A stretch of DNA of 64,000 nucleotides from a virus (taxonomy: Duplodnaviria; Caudoviricetes): positions 1-64,000 of IMG/VR virus record IMGVR_UViG_3300033069_001588; one strand, 5' to 3'. Within the stretch, counting starts at the first letter, position 1; the number at the start of each line of letters is the position of its first letter. A program made the position numbers and the translations under genes. The notes below the pieces were generated by a model. That model had not been told where the DNA came from. It did no database searches and saw nothing but the letters and a program-made list of their open reading frames with translations. Shown here in pieces: positions 28,132 to 37,366 of this stretch.

Positions 28132-28173
28132 TTACTTAGAGAATATCTTTTAATTAGTAACTTATAAAAATCT

Positions 28174-30696
28174 TCATCCACATTTACTGTACTTACAAGA
28201 AGTGCAAGTTATACAACCTTCCTGGTATACCAAAGTTCCCTCTGCATTGCAGGAAACACAAACTTTCTCGGCACCAGATTTACTACCATCTTTAATGTAA
28301 GATTTTAATACTCTAGCTACAACTTTAGAAAATGATGTCATTTCGGCATATTTATCTTTGGTTAATTGTTCTGCCACATACTGTATTGGAGTACCATGTC
28401 TAAGATTTAAAGAAATCATTCTAGTGAAAGCTTCATGAGTTTTATTCTCAAAAATATTAGCAATATCTTTAATAATCATCTTATCATCTGGTGAACTTTC
28501 ACCAATTACCAAATTATAAGTAGTTAATCCGTCAGAGTTTTTGCCATTTTTAAGTATTTTTCCAGTCTTGTATTTATTAGGAATATCCAAAAATTTAGAA
28601 AGACCGCCAAAAACTTCATAAGGTTTCCCATTTAATAATCCCACAAATATAGTCCAAGCTTCTCCATTAACCTTAGCTTTTTTAATATCACAAGGCAATT
28701 CTATAGGTCTCTTGGGAGCCATAACATAGTCTACGTCAGCAGGTCTCTCGCCAGGAGTTTTAACCTTCTTAGCCGCCTCTTCACTAATTAAAACGCCAGT
28801 ACGACAACCATCACGATAAACCGTAAATCCTTTACAACCAGATTCCCAAGCTCTCATATAGACTTGAGATACAATATCTCTTGTTGCATCATTTGGCAAG
28901 TTACAAGTCTTGCTAATGCTATGATCAACAGATTGTTGTGCGGCTGCTTGTAGATCTACAGAGGCAACCCAATCTACATCATTAGAAGTAGCTTTCCAAT
29001 ATGGAGATTTAGCAATATCTGATTCTCCAGTAACATCCATCCACTTCTTTACACCATGATGGTAAATAGTGAATTCTTGCCACCTATCACCTAGAGTATC
29101 TACAAAATCTACTCTGGCATTTTTATCCGATGGATTTATCTTCTTACGTCTTACATAAGATAGAAGGTAAGCTGGCTCAATACCAGATGTTGTTTGTGTT
29201 AATGTAGATACCGAGCCAGTTGGAGCGGTGGTAGTCAAAGCAATATTGCGACGACCATATTTTTTCCACATTGTTGCAACTGACTTACCAGCATCACTCA
29301 TAATGCCTTTTAGGTAAGCATGATTTTTTTCTTTGGTATAATTGAAAGTTGGAAAAGCTCCTCTTTCTTTTGCCATCACACATGAAGAAGTGTGGGCGCC
29401 GATTGCTAAAGCACGATAAATCTTACGAGTTAATTCAATAGATTCAATAGAGCCATATCTAACACCTAACATAGCAATGCAGTCGCCTAAAGCAGTGATA
29501 CCTAATCCTGTTCTACGTCCGCCAATGTTAGCAGCGCGGATCTTCTTCCAAAGATTCAGTTCGGTTTGTTTTGCTTCTTCAGGTTCAGGATCTAATTTAA
29601 CTTTTTCAATGATACGATCAATACATTCTATTTCTAAATCAATAATATCATCCATCAGTTTTTGTGCAACAATTGTATGTTTATGAAATAAATCAAAATC
29701 AAACTTAGCATCAACTGTAAATGGATTTGTAACATAGCTCGACAAATTCAAAACCAACAAACGACAAGCATCATAAGCTGATAATACAATTTCACCGCAA
29801 GGATTAGTAGAAATAGAGCCATATCCTTCTTCTTCATAAATATCAGCGGGCGTAGTAGCTTTAACATTATCCCAAAACAAAACGCCTGGCTCAGCAGAAG
29901 TCCAAGCGGCATCAATTACTTGATCCCAAATGTTTTTAGCATCAACTATCTTAGTGATTTTGGCATTTTCAGGCGTTGCATCAACTGGCCAACGCAAAGT
30001 GTATTTTTCACTTTTTTTAACAGCCTTCATGAATTGATCATTGAAACGAATAGAAATATTCGCCCCAGTAACTTTCTTCAAGTTTCTTTTGATATTGATA
30101 AATGTTTCAATTTCTGGATGATTAACTGAAATAGTGATCATTTCGGCGCCGCGCCTACCATTTTGGGCTACTTCGCGGCAAGTATTACTAAATCTTTCCA
30201 TGAACACGCCAATACCATCAGTAGTCTTAGCCGCATTAGCAGTTAAGGTATCTTTAGGTCTAATACCAGAAATATCAAGACCTACTCCACCACGACGTTT
30301 CATAATTTGAGCTAATTCCTGATCGGCTAACATAATGCCACCATAAGAATCCAGCTTATTAGAATAAACACCTTGTACTACAAAGCAATTAGATAAGCTT
30401 TGTAATTGATAAGGGTTACCAATAGCAGACATAGGACTGCCTTGTGGGACAATGTATTGAAAACGGTCAATTAGACTAAAAATATAATCTTCTGATAGAG
30501 GGTTAGGATACTTTTTCTCAATCCTAGCAAACTCTTTTGCCAAACGATGATGCATGTCAACAGGGGTTAGCTCTAAATATTCACCATCTGTAGTTTGCAA
30601 CGCATATTTATCAACGAATACTTTGGCAGCAAAATCGTCTCCATTAAAGTATTCTATAGACTTTTCCAAAACCTGAGCGTAAGTATATCCCTGCAT
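28174..30696 (-). CDS. nrdJ: class II (adenosylcobalamin-dependent) ribonucleotide reductase
   Basis: SLSNCF, RRGGVG, TNPCGE, RRTGLG, APTGS, SISKT.N, KG.TVYRDG, C-terminal CxxC...CxxC; no R2 gene adjacent. Confidence 0.92.
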   Translation of the reverse strand: MQGYTYAQVLEKSIEYFNGDDFAAKVFVDKYALQTTDGEYLELTPVDMHHRLAKEFARIEKKYPNPLSEDYIFSLIDRFQYIVPQGSPMSAIGNPYQLQSLSNCFVVQGVYSNKLDSYGGIMLADQELAQIMKRRGGVGLDISGIRPKDTLTANAAKTTDGIGVFMERFSNTCREVAQNGRRGAEMITISVNHPEIETFINIKRNLKKVTGANISIRFNDQFMKAVKKSEKYTLRWPVDATPENAKITKIVDAKNIWDQVIDAAWTSAEPGVLFWDNVKATTPADIYEEEGYGSISTNPCGEIVLSAYDACRLLVLNLSSYVTNPFTVDAKFDFDLFHKHTIVAQKLMDDIIDLEIECIDRIIEKVKLDPEPEEAKQTELNLWKKIRAANIGGRRTGLGITALGDCIAMLGVRYGSIESIELTRKIYRALAIGAHTSSCVMAKERGAFPTFNYTKEKNHAYLKGIMSDAGKSVATMWKKYGRRNIALTTTAPTGSVSTLTQTTSGIEPAYLLSYVRRKKINPSDKNARVDFVDTLGDRWQEFTIYHHGVKKWMDVTGESDIAKSPYWKATSNDVDWVASVDLQAAAQQSVDHSISKTCNLPNDATRDIVSQVYMRAWESGCKGFTVYRDGCRTGVLISEEAAKKVKTPGERPADVDYVMAPKRPIELPCDIKKAKVNGEAWTIFVGLLNGKPYEVFGGLSKFLDIPNKYKTGKILKNGKNSDGLTTYNLVIGESSPDDKMIIKDIANIFENKTHEAFTRMISLNLRHGTPIQYVAEQLTKDKYAEMTSFSKVVARVLKSYIKDGSKSGAEKVCVSCNAEGTLVYQEGCITCTSCKYSKCG

Positions 30697-30747
30697 AATT
30701 CACCTTGTGAGAATTAAGTTCCTTGAAATTCATGTTATGTTAATTGC

Positions 30748-31371
30748 TTATACTGCAATATTGTTCTTCATAATAGCAAGCGCGTTGTTGATTGTTTTAA
30801 TGCAGCTTAGCCTAGATATGCTTAACTTTTTACATATCTTATTAATAGATATTGGTTTGTCTCCATCAAACCCATATGCCAAATTGATAATTTCTTTTTG
30901 TTCACCTGTTAAGACAGAAAAAGCATTTTGAATAGCATTATTCAATTGAGATTCTTCTAATTCTTTGTCTGGACAATATCTTTCTTCTATCAAAGTAGGC
31001 ATAATAGCCTCTTTGTGTGGAGTATTGTTCTTTGCAACCTTCAAAGGATATCTAATAGTAGTGTGTAAATTGGCACTTCTGGAAATACGAGTATCAATAT
31101 ACTTATGCGCCCACCAAAAGAAAGAGCCCTTTTTTGGGTTGTAATTATTCATGGCTTTGATTAAAGCCTCAAAACCTTCTTGATTCAAATCATCGTAATT
31201 GCTAAATGCTTTATAACGACCAGTTTTCATAGTAACTAAATACTTAAAATTCTGAATACAAATCTTTTCATGTTTTTTAAGCTCTACCTCAATTTGAGGA
31301 TCAGTCTTAGATTTAGATCTTAGATCTATTAATTTGATCATTAAGTCTTGTGCTTCTTGTTCTGTTAACAT
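30748..31371 (-). CDS. RNA polymerase sigma factor (sigma-70 family, regions 2 and 4)
   Basis: DDLNQEG..ALIKA..NYNPKKGSF.WWA; region 4 L...QKEII.L.YG...I.KKL.ISR. Confidence 0.88.
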   Translation of the reverse strand: MLTEQEAQDLMIKLIDLRSKSKTDPQIEVELKKHEKICIQNFKYLVTMKTGRYKAFSNYDDLNQEGFEALIKAMNNYNPKKGSFFWWAHKYIDTRISRSANLHTTIRYPLKVAKNNTPHKEAIMPTLIEERYCPDKELEESQLNNAIQNAFSVLTGEQKEIINLAYGFDGDKPISINKICKKLSISRLSCIKTINNALAIMKNNIAV

Positions 31372-31433
31372 TTATATACTCGCTCTTTAAGCCAATGGAA
31401 GTACCTATTATACTCAATTATTGATACACATTA

Positions 31434-31580
31434 TTACTTGTTACTTATGTCCTCTAAAGTTTCAATAACTGATTCAATAGTTGATTTGATTAGTTCCTCA
31501 TCATCTAATGATAGAACAAATTTAAGCAGATTAATAATCTGCTTAATTTTAGCTTTTTGATTTATTTTACTAGAAGTCAT
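31434..31580 (-). CDS. 48-aa hypothetical helical protein
   Basis: Manual translation MTSSKINQKAKIKQIINLLKFVLSLDDEELIKSTIESVIETLEDISNK. Confidence 0.55.
   Translation of the reverse strand: MTSSKINQKAKIKQIINLLKFVLSLDDEELIKSTIESVIETLEDISNK
31518..31550. repeat. near-perfect palindrome (12-bp perfect arms TTAAGCAGATTA-A-TAATCTGCTTAA)
   Basis: 31522-31533 is the exact reverse complement of 31535-31546; extends 3 more bp after one mismatch. Confidence 0.85.
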
Positions 31581-31582
31581 GT

Positions 31583-31774
31583 TCAACTATAATTATCTCG
31601 TGCCCAACCTGATCCATTTAGAATAAACCCGTTACTATTACAAATCAATCTAACTACAGTTAGTGGGTCTGATCCCTCTTCTTCACATTTGGGACAAGTT
31701 TCTAATTTATCTTTAATGGAGTGTTCAAACTCGAATTCTCCATGTTTTTCACATTTGTATAAATATGTGGGCAT
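31583..31774 (-). CDS. FmdB-family zinc-ribbon protein
   Basis: MPTYLYKC..HG.FE, CPKC, GF.L.GSGW. Confidence 0.85.
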   Translation of the reverse strand: MPTYLYKCEKHGEFEFEHSIKDKLETCPKCEEEGSDPLTVVRLICNSNGFILNGSGWARDNYS

Positions 31775-31802
31775 TTTCTACAGTCTCCCGGTTTCACAGC
31801 AT

Positions 31803-31830
31803 AATGTAAATTGTTTTTTTAGGATGTCAA
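31803..31830 (-). promoter_or_regulatory. sigma70-like promoter TTGACA-N16-TACATT
   Basis: Minus strand, upstream of 31774. Confidence 0.6.
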
Positions 31831-31870
31831 TTCGGCGCAATCTTTTTTTATTCCTCAAAGATTTTTAATA

Positions 31871-32182
31871 TCAGCCGCGCTTTCTACTATCCATTCGTGA
31901 TTGCATAGATTGATACCTATCTTCTCCCAAAAGATTAGCATATACCTTTTCGCTCTTGGCAGCATCCTTTTGCAAAGCTTTTGCATCATCTTTTAACTTA
32001 GCTACTAATTCATTGACGCCAAGTTCTACTGTACCTCTACCGCTGCCACCACTAACTAATCTCTTAGCAGTTTCTTTTTGGCATTTAGGGCACACCTTAG
32101 GTGGGTCTTGTTTAATAGAATATTCATCTTCCCATTCGTGTTGACAATCTGTATCTTGGCATTTGTGCTCGTATGTCGGCAT
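31871..32182 (-). CDS. FmdB-family zinc-ribbon protein
   Basis: MPTYEHKC...C.HEWE, CPKC, KRLVS. Confidence 0.85.
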   Translation of the reverse strand: MPTYEHKCQDTDCQHEWEDEYSIKQDPPKVCPKCQKETAKRLVSGGSGRGTVELGVNELVAKLKDDAKALQKDAAKSEKVYANLLGEDRYQSMQSRMDSRKRG

Positions 32183-32184
32183 AA

Positions 32185-32991
32185 TTAATACTCCTGTATC
32201 ATTTTCAAAATGTCAGCGTCAGACATTTTATTTATCTGCTCATCAGTAATACGCAATAGTCTTATACTATTATTTTTAGCATACTGATTAAGTTTTTCAT
32301 CTCTCAAGATTTGCTTATATATCTTCCTATCTTGGGAGGTTTTTTGCAAAGCAATTATTTCTTTTGGTCTATTGAGACCGTGCCAATAGACACCATCTAT
32401 TTGTATATAAAGATTCAATATTGGAATATAAAAATCTACCCACTGTCTTATCATTAAAACTTGTCTCTCAACCTTACTATAAAATGAAGCTAATATATCA
32501 AATATTCTGTCTTCAACTTTTGATTTAGAACAAGTTCCATTCTTTATTTTAGTTTTCCAAGCTTTTTCAGCTATCTGAACATAATCTAATTTTGATTGAT
32601 GTTCTTTGGAGCCCGCAAAAGTCTCTTGACCATATTTAGATAAGTTAGTTTTTCTTATCTTTTCTAAAATCTCCTCTGACTCTAAACGACTTTTAACCCC
32701 ATACTTTTGAAAACACATGGTTTTTTGATTCTCTTTGAATTCAGTGAGTTCAACATAAGAACAACCATATTTCTCTTTTATAGAGTTTTGGAATTTATCT
32801 TTCAATTTACCGTTTGAAGAAGATAACTTTCTACAATCTATAGAACAAAAATGCAATGTGCTTTTCAAAGCCCTATTTTTATATCTAGGTTCACAAAGAT
32901 ATACATTAAGACATTCATCACATTTGAGTTTTATTTCCCTTTTCTTATATTTACTCCCTCGAGATTCTTCATATATATGTACTATAGTCAT
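32185..32991 (-). CDS. DUF559/Vsr-like PD-(D/E)xK endonuclease with KYG repeats (homing endonuclease-like)
   Basis: SKVE, VDFYIP..NLYIQIDGVYWH, RD, LLRITD; three KYG repeats; N-terminal Cys motifs. Confidence 0.75.
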   Translation of the reverse strand: MTIVHIYEESRGSKYKKREIKLKCDECLNVYLCEPRYKNRALKSTLHFCSIDCRKLSSSNGKLKDKFQNSIKEKYGCSYVELTEFKENQKTMCFQKYGVKSRLESEEILEKIRKTNLSKYGQETFAGSKEHQSKLDYVQIAEKAWKTKIKNGTCSKSKVEDRIFDILASFYSKVERQVLMIRQWVDFYIPILNLYIQIDGVYWHGLNRPKEIIALQKTSQDRKIYKQILRDEKLNQYAKNNSIRLLRITDEQINKMSDADILKMIQEY

Positions 32992-33022
32992 ATTTTAATA
33001 CATATATATTCATAGAATGAAT

Positions 33023-33403
33023 TTACAAAAATACTAATAAACCTCTTTCATAAATATCTACAAATTTATGAAACTCTTGTAATGAATTACAATCAAATCT
33101 TTTGCCCTTGTAACACCAATTCAATGGATATCCGTTAATTTCTTGTGCGGGACCGTCATTACGATGTAATAACCCATTTTCGTAATAGTTAATAATACCT
33201 TCTTTAGGTTGTATAAAAGCTGGTGCGCCTACTCTATGAAGTTTACCATATTGAAGCCACGCTTTAGCACCAGGTAATGCCAAACAATTTTCACTATATT
33301 CAATTGCTGGAAGATCATCATCTCTATGTACATAACCATCTTTATAATACACTTTGGTGCCATCTTCTAATATTTCTATGCCATTTTTAGTTTCATTCGT
33401 CAT
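33023..33403 (-). CDS. LHRxDGPA-repeat (MORN-variant-like) protein with tag variant
   Basis: VHRDDDLPAI, LHRVGAPA, LHRNDGPA; ends EFHKFVDIYERGLLVFL. Confidence 0.75.
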   Translation of the reverse strand: MTNETKNGIEILEDGTKVYYKDGYVHRDDDLPAIEYSENCLALPGAKAWLQYGKLHRVGAPAFIQPKEGIINYYENGLLHRNDGPAQEINGYPLNWCYKGKRFDCNSLQEFHKFVDIYERGLLVFL

Positions 33404-33575
33404 TTATCACCAAATGTTTATCTACAATCTTATATTCAATATCCTTGGTCCAGTTCTTCTTTATATCTTGTTTTAGCTTTTCGTTTGTCACTTCAAATAC
33501 AATAAATAACTGACCAGTTTTTTCTTCATATTCTATACGGACCGCTTCTGCTATTACTTCTTGATCTGGTTTCAT
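33393..33575 (-). CDS. hypothetical protein
   Basis: 60-aa ORF with GAGG SD. Confidence 0.65.
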   Translation of the reverse strand: MKPDQEVIAEAVRIEYEEKTGQLFIVFEVTNEKLKQDIKKNWTKDIEYKIVDKHLVINDE

Positions 33576-33581
33576 TTTTCC

Positions 33582-33926
33582 TCACCAAAATGCTTTTAAT
33601 TCAAAATATCTTTGTAGATCTATAACAGATTGTTTGACACAAAGATTAATTATATGACTTAATTCTGCTCTTTTATCAGAAGAAATTACTTGGCTTTCTA
33701 GGAATGCTCTACAATGTTCGCTGATCTCAGTGTTCTCTGGTAACAGTTTGCTGCGTTTAAGATCAGCCAATCTAAATAGATAAAGCTCATCACAACAACT
33801 AAAACCAATCAGTAATCTTTTATGCTGATCATTTGATAAAAATTTATGATCAACAGACTCAATTCGTAGATGATTAACGTATTTCTCAATCATATCAAAA
33901 AATGATACACACATTATTTCGTTCAT
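33582..33926 (-). CDS. hypothetical protein with LKAFW C-terminal tag
   Basis: Ends QRYFELKAFW. Confidence 0.72.
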   Translation of the reverse strand: MNEIMCVSFFDMIEKYVNHLRIESVDHKFLSNDQHKRLLIGFSCCDELYLFRLADLKRSKLLPENTEISEHCRAFLESQVISSDKRAELSHIINLCVKQSVIDLQRYFELKAFW

Positions 33927-33941
33927 ACATTTACCTTCACA

Positions 33942-35351
33942 TCATAAATCTAACAAATCTAATTTCTCAGAAATATCATCTGGATCTCTGTCGTAGAATT
34001 CTGTATCATCATCGTCAATCTTATCATCTAGCAAAGTACCGCAAGCTAAATTCTTGATAAGCTTACCCTTACCTAATTCACCATCTCTATTCTTGATCAA
34101 ATGATAATACATATCTGGATATTGTTTCTCATTTGGGCGGGTTTCAATTTGAATAGCAATGTTAGCATTCTGCATGATCAAAGCAGAACGACCAATTCTG
34201 TGTAAACCAATCTTATCTTCCATTTCTTTACCACCTTTTGCTCTGTTTAGCTGAACAGCACTTAATACAATAAGGTTATGAACTCTGGCGAACTCATGAA
34301 TCTTTTCGGCAATTTTTCCTAATTTCAACCAATCATCCAACTCGGCACTTTCGTAATCCATTAGACCTAGATAGTCGATAACCACAATCTTGGGGTCATA
34401 ATGGACTTTCGCTTCCTCATATATTAATTCCAAACTTTCCATAGTAGCCCCTCTAGGGATATCTACTATTTCAAATTGATGAGGATACTTGGTAATAAAC
34501 TTAAGAGATCTCTTAAGCTTACTAGCCTCTTCCGGATTCAATTTGGCATTTCTAATCAATTTTGAAGGTGCAGATGACATTCTAGCTAGAACACGATTCA
34601 AACAAGGTTTAAAAGGCATTTCTAGCGAAAAATACAATACACTGTTTCCGCCAGTAAAATTAGCTTCATCTGTATAAATAGTATTCTCTTGCATCCAAAG
34701 CTGGACCGCCATGTTCATTAGTAACATGGACTTACCACCGCCTGATTCACCACCAATCAATACTAATTCTCCGGGTCTTAAACCATCAGTTACATGGTCA
34801 AAATAGGAATACCCTGTTTTGATACCACGATCAAAATGGGGGTCATCCATCTTGGCATTATATTCTTCCCTAAAAATAGGTACAGCTTCTTTTAAAGTTT
34901 TTCTTTCATAAGCCCTAGTTTGATTAAGACTTTTTATAGATTGTACTGTTTTTTGAAGTTCTCCAACTGCACGATTTATGTCCATTGAACCTGGTTCAAT
35001 GGATGCTAGTTTTTCTTTGACAGCTATAATTTGTTTCTCAGCAAAACGTTTTTTGATTTTCTCCAAATCATGTTTATATTCTTTGTCGTTGTACTCCACG
35101 CTATCTAGAGATGACCAGACCTTTTTGACGCTTTCAATGAGTCTATCATTGGATCCTTTTTCTAACTTCTCTACAATTACTCTCAGTGTAGGTAATTCTT
35201 TGTAGGTTTTAACATATCCTACAACAAGATTAGCAAAGTTCCACACATCAGGAGAAAATAACTTGGGATCGCATTCGGTAGCAAAATCTAAAGCATGTTT
35301 TTTGTTGGTGATAAGAGTTTTTAAGATAACCAAATCTAAATTGTAATTCAT
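33942..35351 (-). CDS. dnaB: replicative DNA helicase (DnaB family)
   Basis: GESGGGKS, YFSLEM, VIDYLGLM, SAVQLNR, IKNRDG. Confidence 0.92.
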   Translation of the reverse strand: MNYNLDLVILKTLITNKKHALDFATECDPKLFSPDVWNFANLVVGYVKTYKELPTLRVIVEKLEKGSNDRLIESVKKVWSSLDSVEYNDKEYKHDLEKIKKRFAEKQIIAVKEKLASIEPGSMDINRAVGELQKTVQSIKSLNQTRAYERKTLKEAVPIFREEYNAKMDDPHFDRGIKTGYSYFDHVTDGLRPGELVLIGGESGGGKSMLLMNMAVQLWMQENTIYTDEANFTGGNSVLYFSLEMPFKPCLNRVLARMSSAPSKLIRNAKLNPEEASKLKRSLKFITKYPHQFEIVDIPRGATMESLELIYEEAKVHYDPKIVVIDYLGLMDYESAELDDWLKLGKIAEKIHEFARVHNLIVLSAVQLNRAKGGKEMEDKIGLHRIGRSALIMQNANIAIQIETRPNEKQYPDMYYHLIKNRDGELGKGKLIKNLACGTLLDDKIDDDDTEFYDRDPDDISEKLDLLDL

Positions 35352-36052
35352 ACTCTCTTCTTTCTAAAATCTTCACCCAGAACTGGAAATGTTTTTGTAT
35401 AACCCTTCATTAAACTATCTACACTTTGTTTCAAAGGTCCATTGAATGATTCAACAATATTAGGACTATTTGTACACATTAATGTAGGTAGTTTATTTTG
35501 GCTACGTGTTCTAAAAACTCCCTCCAAACTTCTGGCATATAAATCTGCCGCATTTTCAGAAGGCATAAATCTAGAATCAAATTCGTCAATCACTAAAAAA
35601 TCTACTAAAATCAATTCTCTTCTAGAAAAATACTTATCTTCTCCAGAAGATTGTGTTAATACATTTACAATATCACTAAGCGTAGTGTACAAACAACTAT
35701 AGTTCTTGCTACATGCTCTTTTAAGAATGCAGCATACAGTCATGGTCTTACCTAAACCATGACCACCAGCAAAACAAATGGAATTGCCATTGATGTATGA
35801 GTTTTTCAAATCACTAATGTACTCATTGTACTTAGTTAATAATCTGGGATCTCCATGAAAATCTCTTTCCATCTTCAACCCCCAATATTCAATAGGAATA
35901 TTGCTTTCTGCATATCTATTGATAGCAATCAGTTTAATATTTTTGGAAGATAAATCTAATTCGGAGTTGTTAATCTCATTCAGTTTTTCTTGCAGCTTTT
36001 TTTGTGGAACGTTATTGAGCGCGCGGCTTCGGGAAAAATCCAGGTTGTTCAT
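35348..36052 (-). CDS. DnaC/IstB-like AAA+ helicase loader
   Basis: GGHGLGKT, FLVIDE, R....LPTLMCTN, GEDFR; coupled to dnaB. Confidence 0.85.
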   Translation of the reverse strand: MNNLDFSRSRALNNVPQKKLQEKLNEINNSELDLSSKNIKLIAINRYAESNIPIEYWGLKMERDFHGDPRLLTKYNEYISDLKNSYINGNSICFAGGHGLGKTMTVCCILKRACSKNYSCLYTTLSDIVNVLTQSSGEDKYFSRRELILVDFLVIDEFDSRFMPSENAADLYARSLEGVFRTRSQNKLPTLMCTNSPNIVESFNGPLKQSVDSLMKGYTKTFPVLGEDFRKKRV

Positions 36053-36416
36053 AGGTCACTTTCTTTACATCACCATTAACATGATGATCCTTAAGCTTTT
36101 CTGCAATGATTTTCTTTTCCTGTTCATTCAAAAGTGTTTTCAACTCAGCCATGTTTTTGAGTCTTAATTCATCATTACTTGGTTTGGTTAATTCTTCTTC
36201 AAATTGAGTAGATAAATCATTTTTTATTTTAATGGGTTCTTTTAGTATAATTTTGATTACCACTATATCTTGTGCTGAATGCTGGATAATATAAACAGAT
36301 GTATCATCTAAAGATCGTAATACTGATTTAGCATCCGACCATGATTCCACAATTCCATCAATTATCAAATTGTTGCGCAATAAACATCTAATATGTTGTC
36401 CTTTTTGCGGAATCAT
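36012..36416 (-). CDS. hypothetical protein
   Basis: 134-aa ORF; beta-rich N-terminus plus coiled coil. Confidence 0.7.
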   Translation of the reverse strand: MIPQKGQHIRCLLRNNLIIDGIVESWSDAKSVLRSLDDTSVYIIQHSAQDIVVIKIILKEPIKIKNDLSTQFEEELTKPSNDELRLKNMAELKTLLNEQEKKIIAEKLKDHHVNGDVKKVTYEQPGFFPKPRAQ

Positions 36417-36754
36417 ATGAATGCCTTTATGTTTACTATTCTTTCCATTTTGACAAGCAAGTTATCAAGAGTTTCCTCAGTATGTACAAAACAACAAATC
36501 ACATCATCAGATATCTGTGGATTGTGTATGTAAAAACATATAATCTTATCAAAACTTTGATCTAAGTCATCTGGAAAATCTAGAAAAGATGTTAAGAACT
36601 TCATGTTACCTTGTATGTAACTCTTAACATCTTCTTCTATTGTTTCTAGTTTGGCAGTTGCCATACCCCACTTGATATTCAGTGAAGGTAATATTTGATG
36701 AGGCGACATTCCACTAAGTTTTTTGGCATGCTTTGCATAAGATTCTAAAATCAT
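36413..36754 (-). CDS. hypothetical protein with LKAFW-type tag
   Basis: ATGA-coupled both sides; ends ERIVNIKAFI. Confidence 0.72.
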   Translation of the reverse strand: MILESYAKHAKKLSGMSPHQILPSLNIKWGMATAKLETIEEDVKSYIQGNMKFLTSFLDFPDDLDQSFDKIICFYIHNPQISDDVICCFVHTEETLDNLLVKMERIVNIKAFI

Positions 36755-37356
36755 ACGATTCTTCCCAAAACTTCCTTATCAAAACCCATTTCTTCTATGG
36801 CAGAGAAAGCTGTTTTAAGTTCATCGGACATATCACTCATCTGAGAGACAAACGCCAAATCACCATAAGTGCTAATTGATACACCGGCTCCTGAAAAAAC
36901 GGTCTTATACTTATCGGGAAGAGGCGTTGACCTATCGACATTGAGATTTCTTTTACCTGCGAGAAGTACATTGAACTTGTATTCATTTACAATTCCTTCA
37001 TTAGTCATAAAAGAAATAGAGGTTAATCTTCTTTTAGCTTTAACTACTTTATTATCATACACCCAATCTATGTATTCTTTCAGTAACGTCGGATTAGCAG
37101 TCAAATGCATTGCCAACTTCTTTACTTGAAAAACCTCGAAACATTTCATAGGAGACGGACTATTGAATTTGAACTGATATTTCTTGTCGTAAGCTTCTTG
37201 ATACTTCTTACAGAAATACCCCAATATATGAACTGGTTTCCAATTCTCTGGACTCAGAGTATCTACTTCGGCGAACTTATCAAAAAACTTCTTGTATTGT
37301 TCATTAGGAACATCTGTTAATTCGCCGCCAGTTAAATCTTCTTTTTTCTTAACCAT
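36751..37356 (-). CDS. hypothetical protein in replication module
   Basis: 201-aa ORF between SF2 helicase and dnaC-like/dnaB. Confidence 0.72.
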   Translation of the reverse strand: MVKKKEDLTGGELTDVPNEQYKKFFDKFAEVDTLSPENWKPVHILGYFCKKYQEAYDKKYQFKFNSPSPMKCFEVFQVKKLAMHLTANPTLLKEYIDWVYDNKVVKAKRRLTSISFMTNEGIVNEYKFNVLLAGKRNLNVDRSTPLPDKYKTVFSGAGVSISTYGDLAFVSQMSDMSDELKTAFSAIEEMGFDKEVLGRIV

Positions 37357-37366
37357 ATTTCACCAA

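Noticed and set aside
900-35351. Group I introns or inteins in dut, the IMPDH/GMPR gene, thyX, nrdJ or dnaB
   Set aside because: Each gene has all motifs contiguous at normal length; the endonucleases lie outside the coding regions; no intein splice motifs seen
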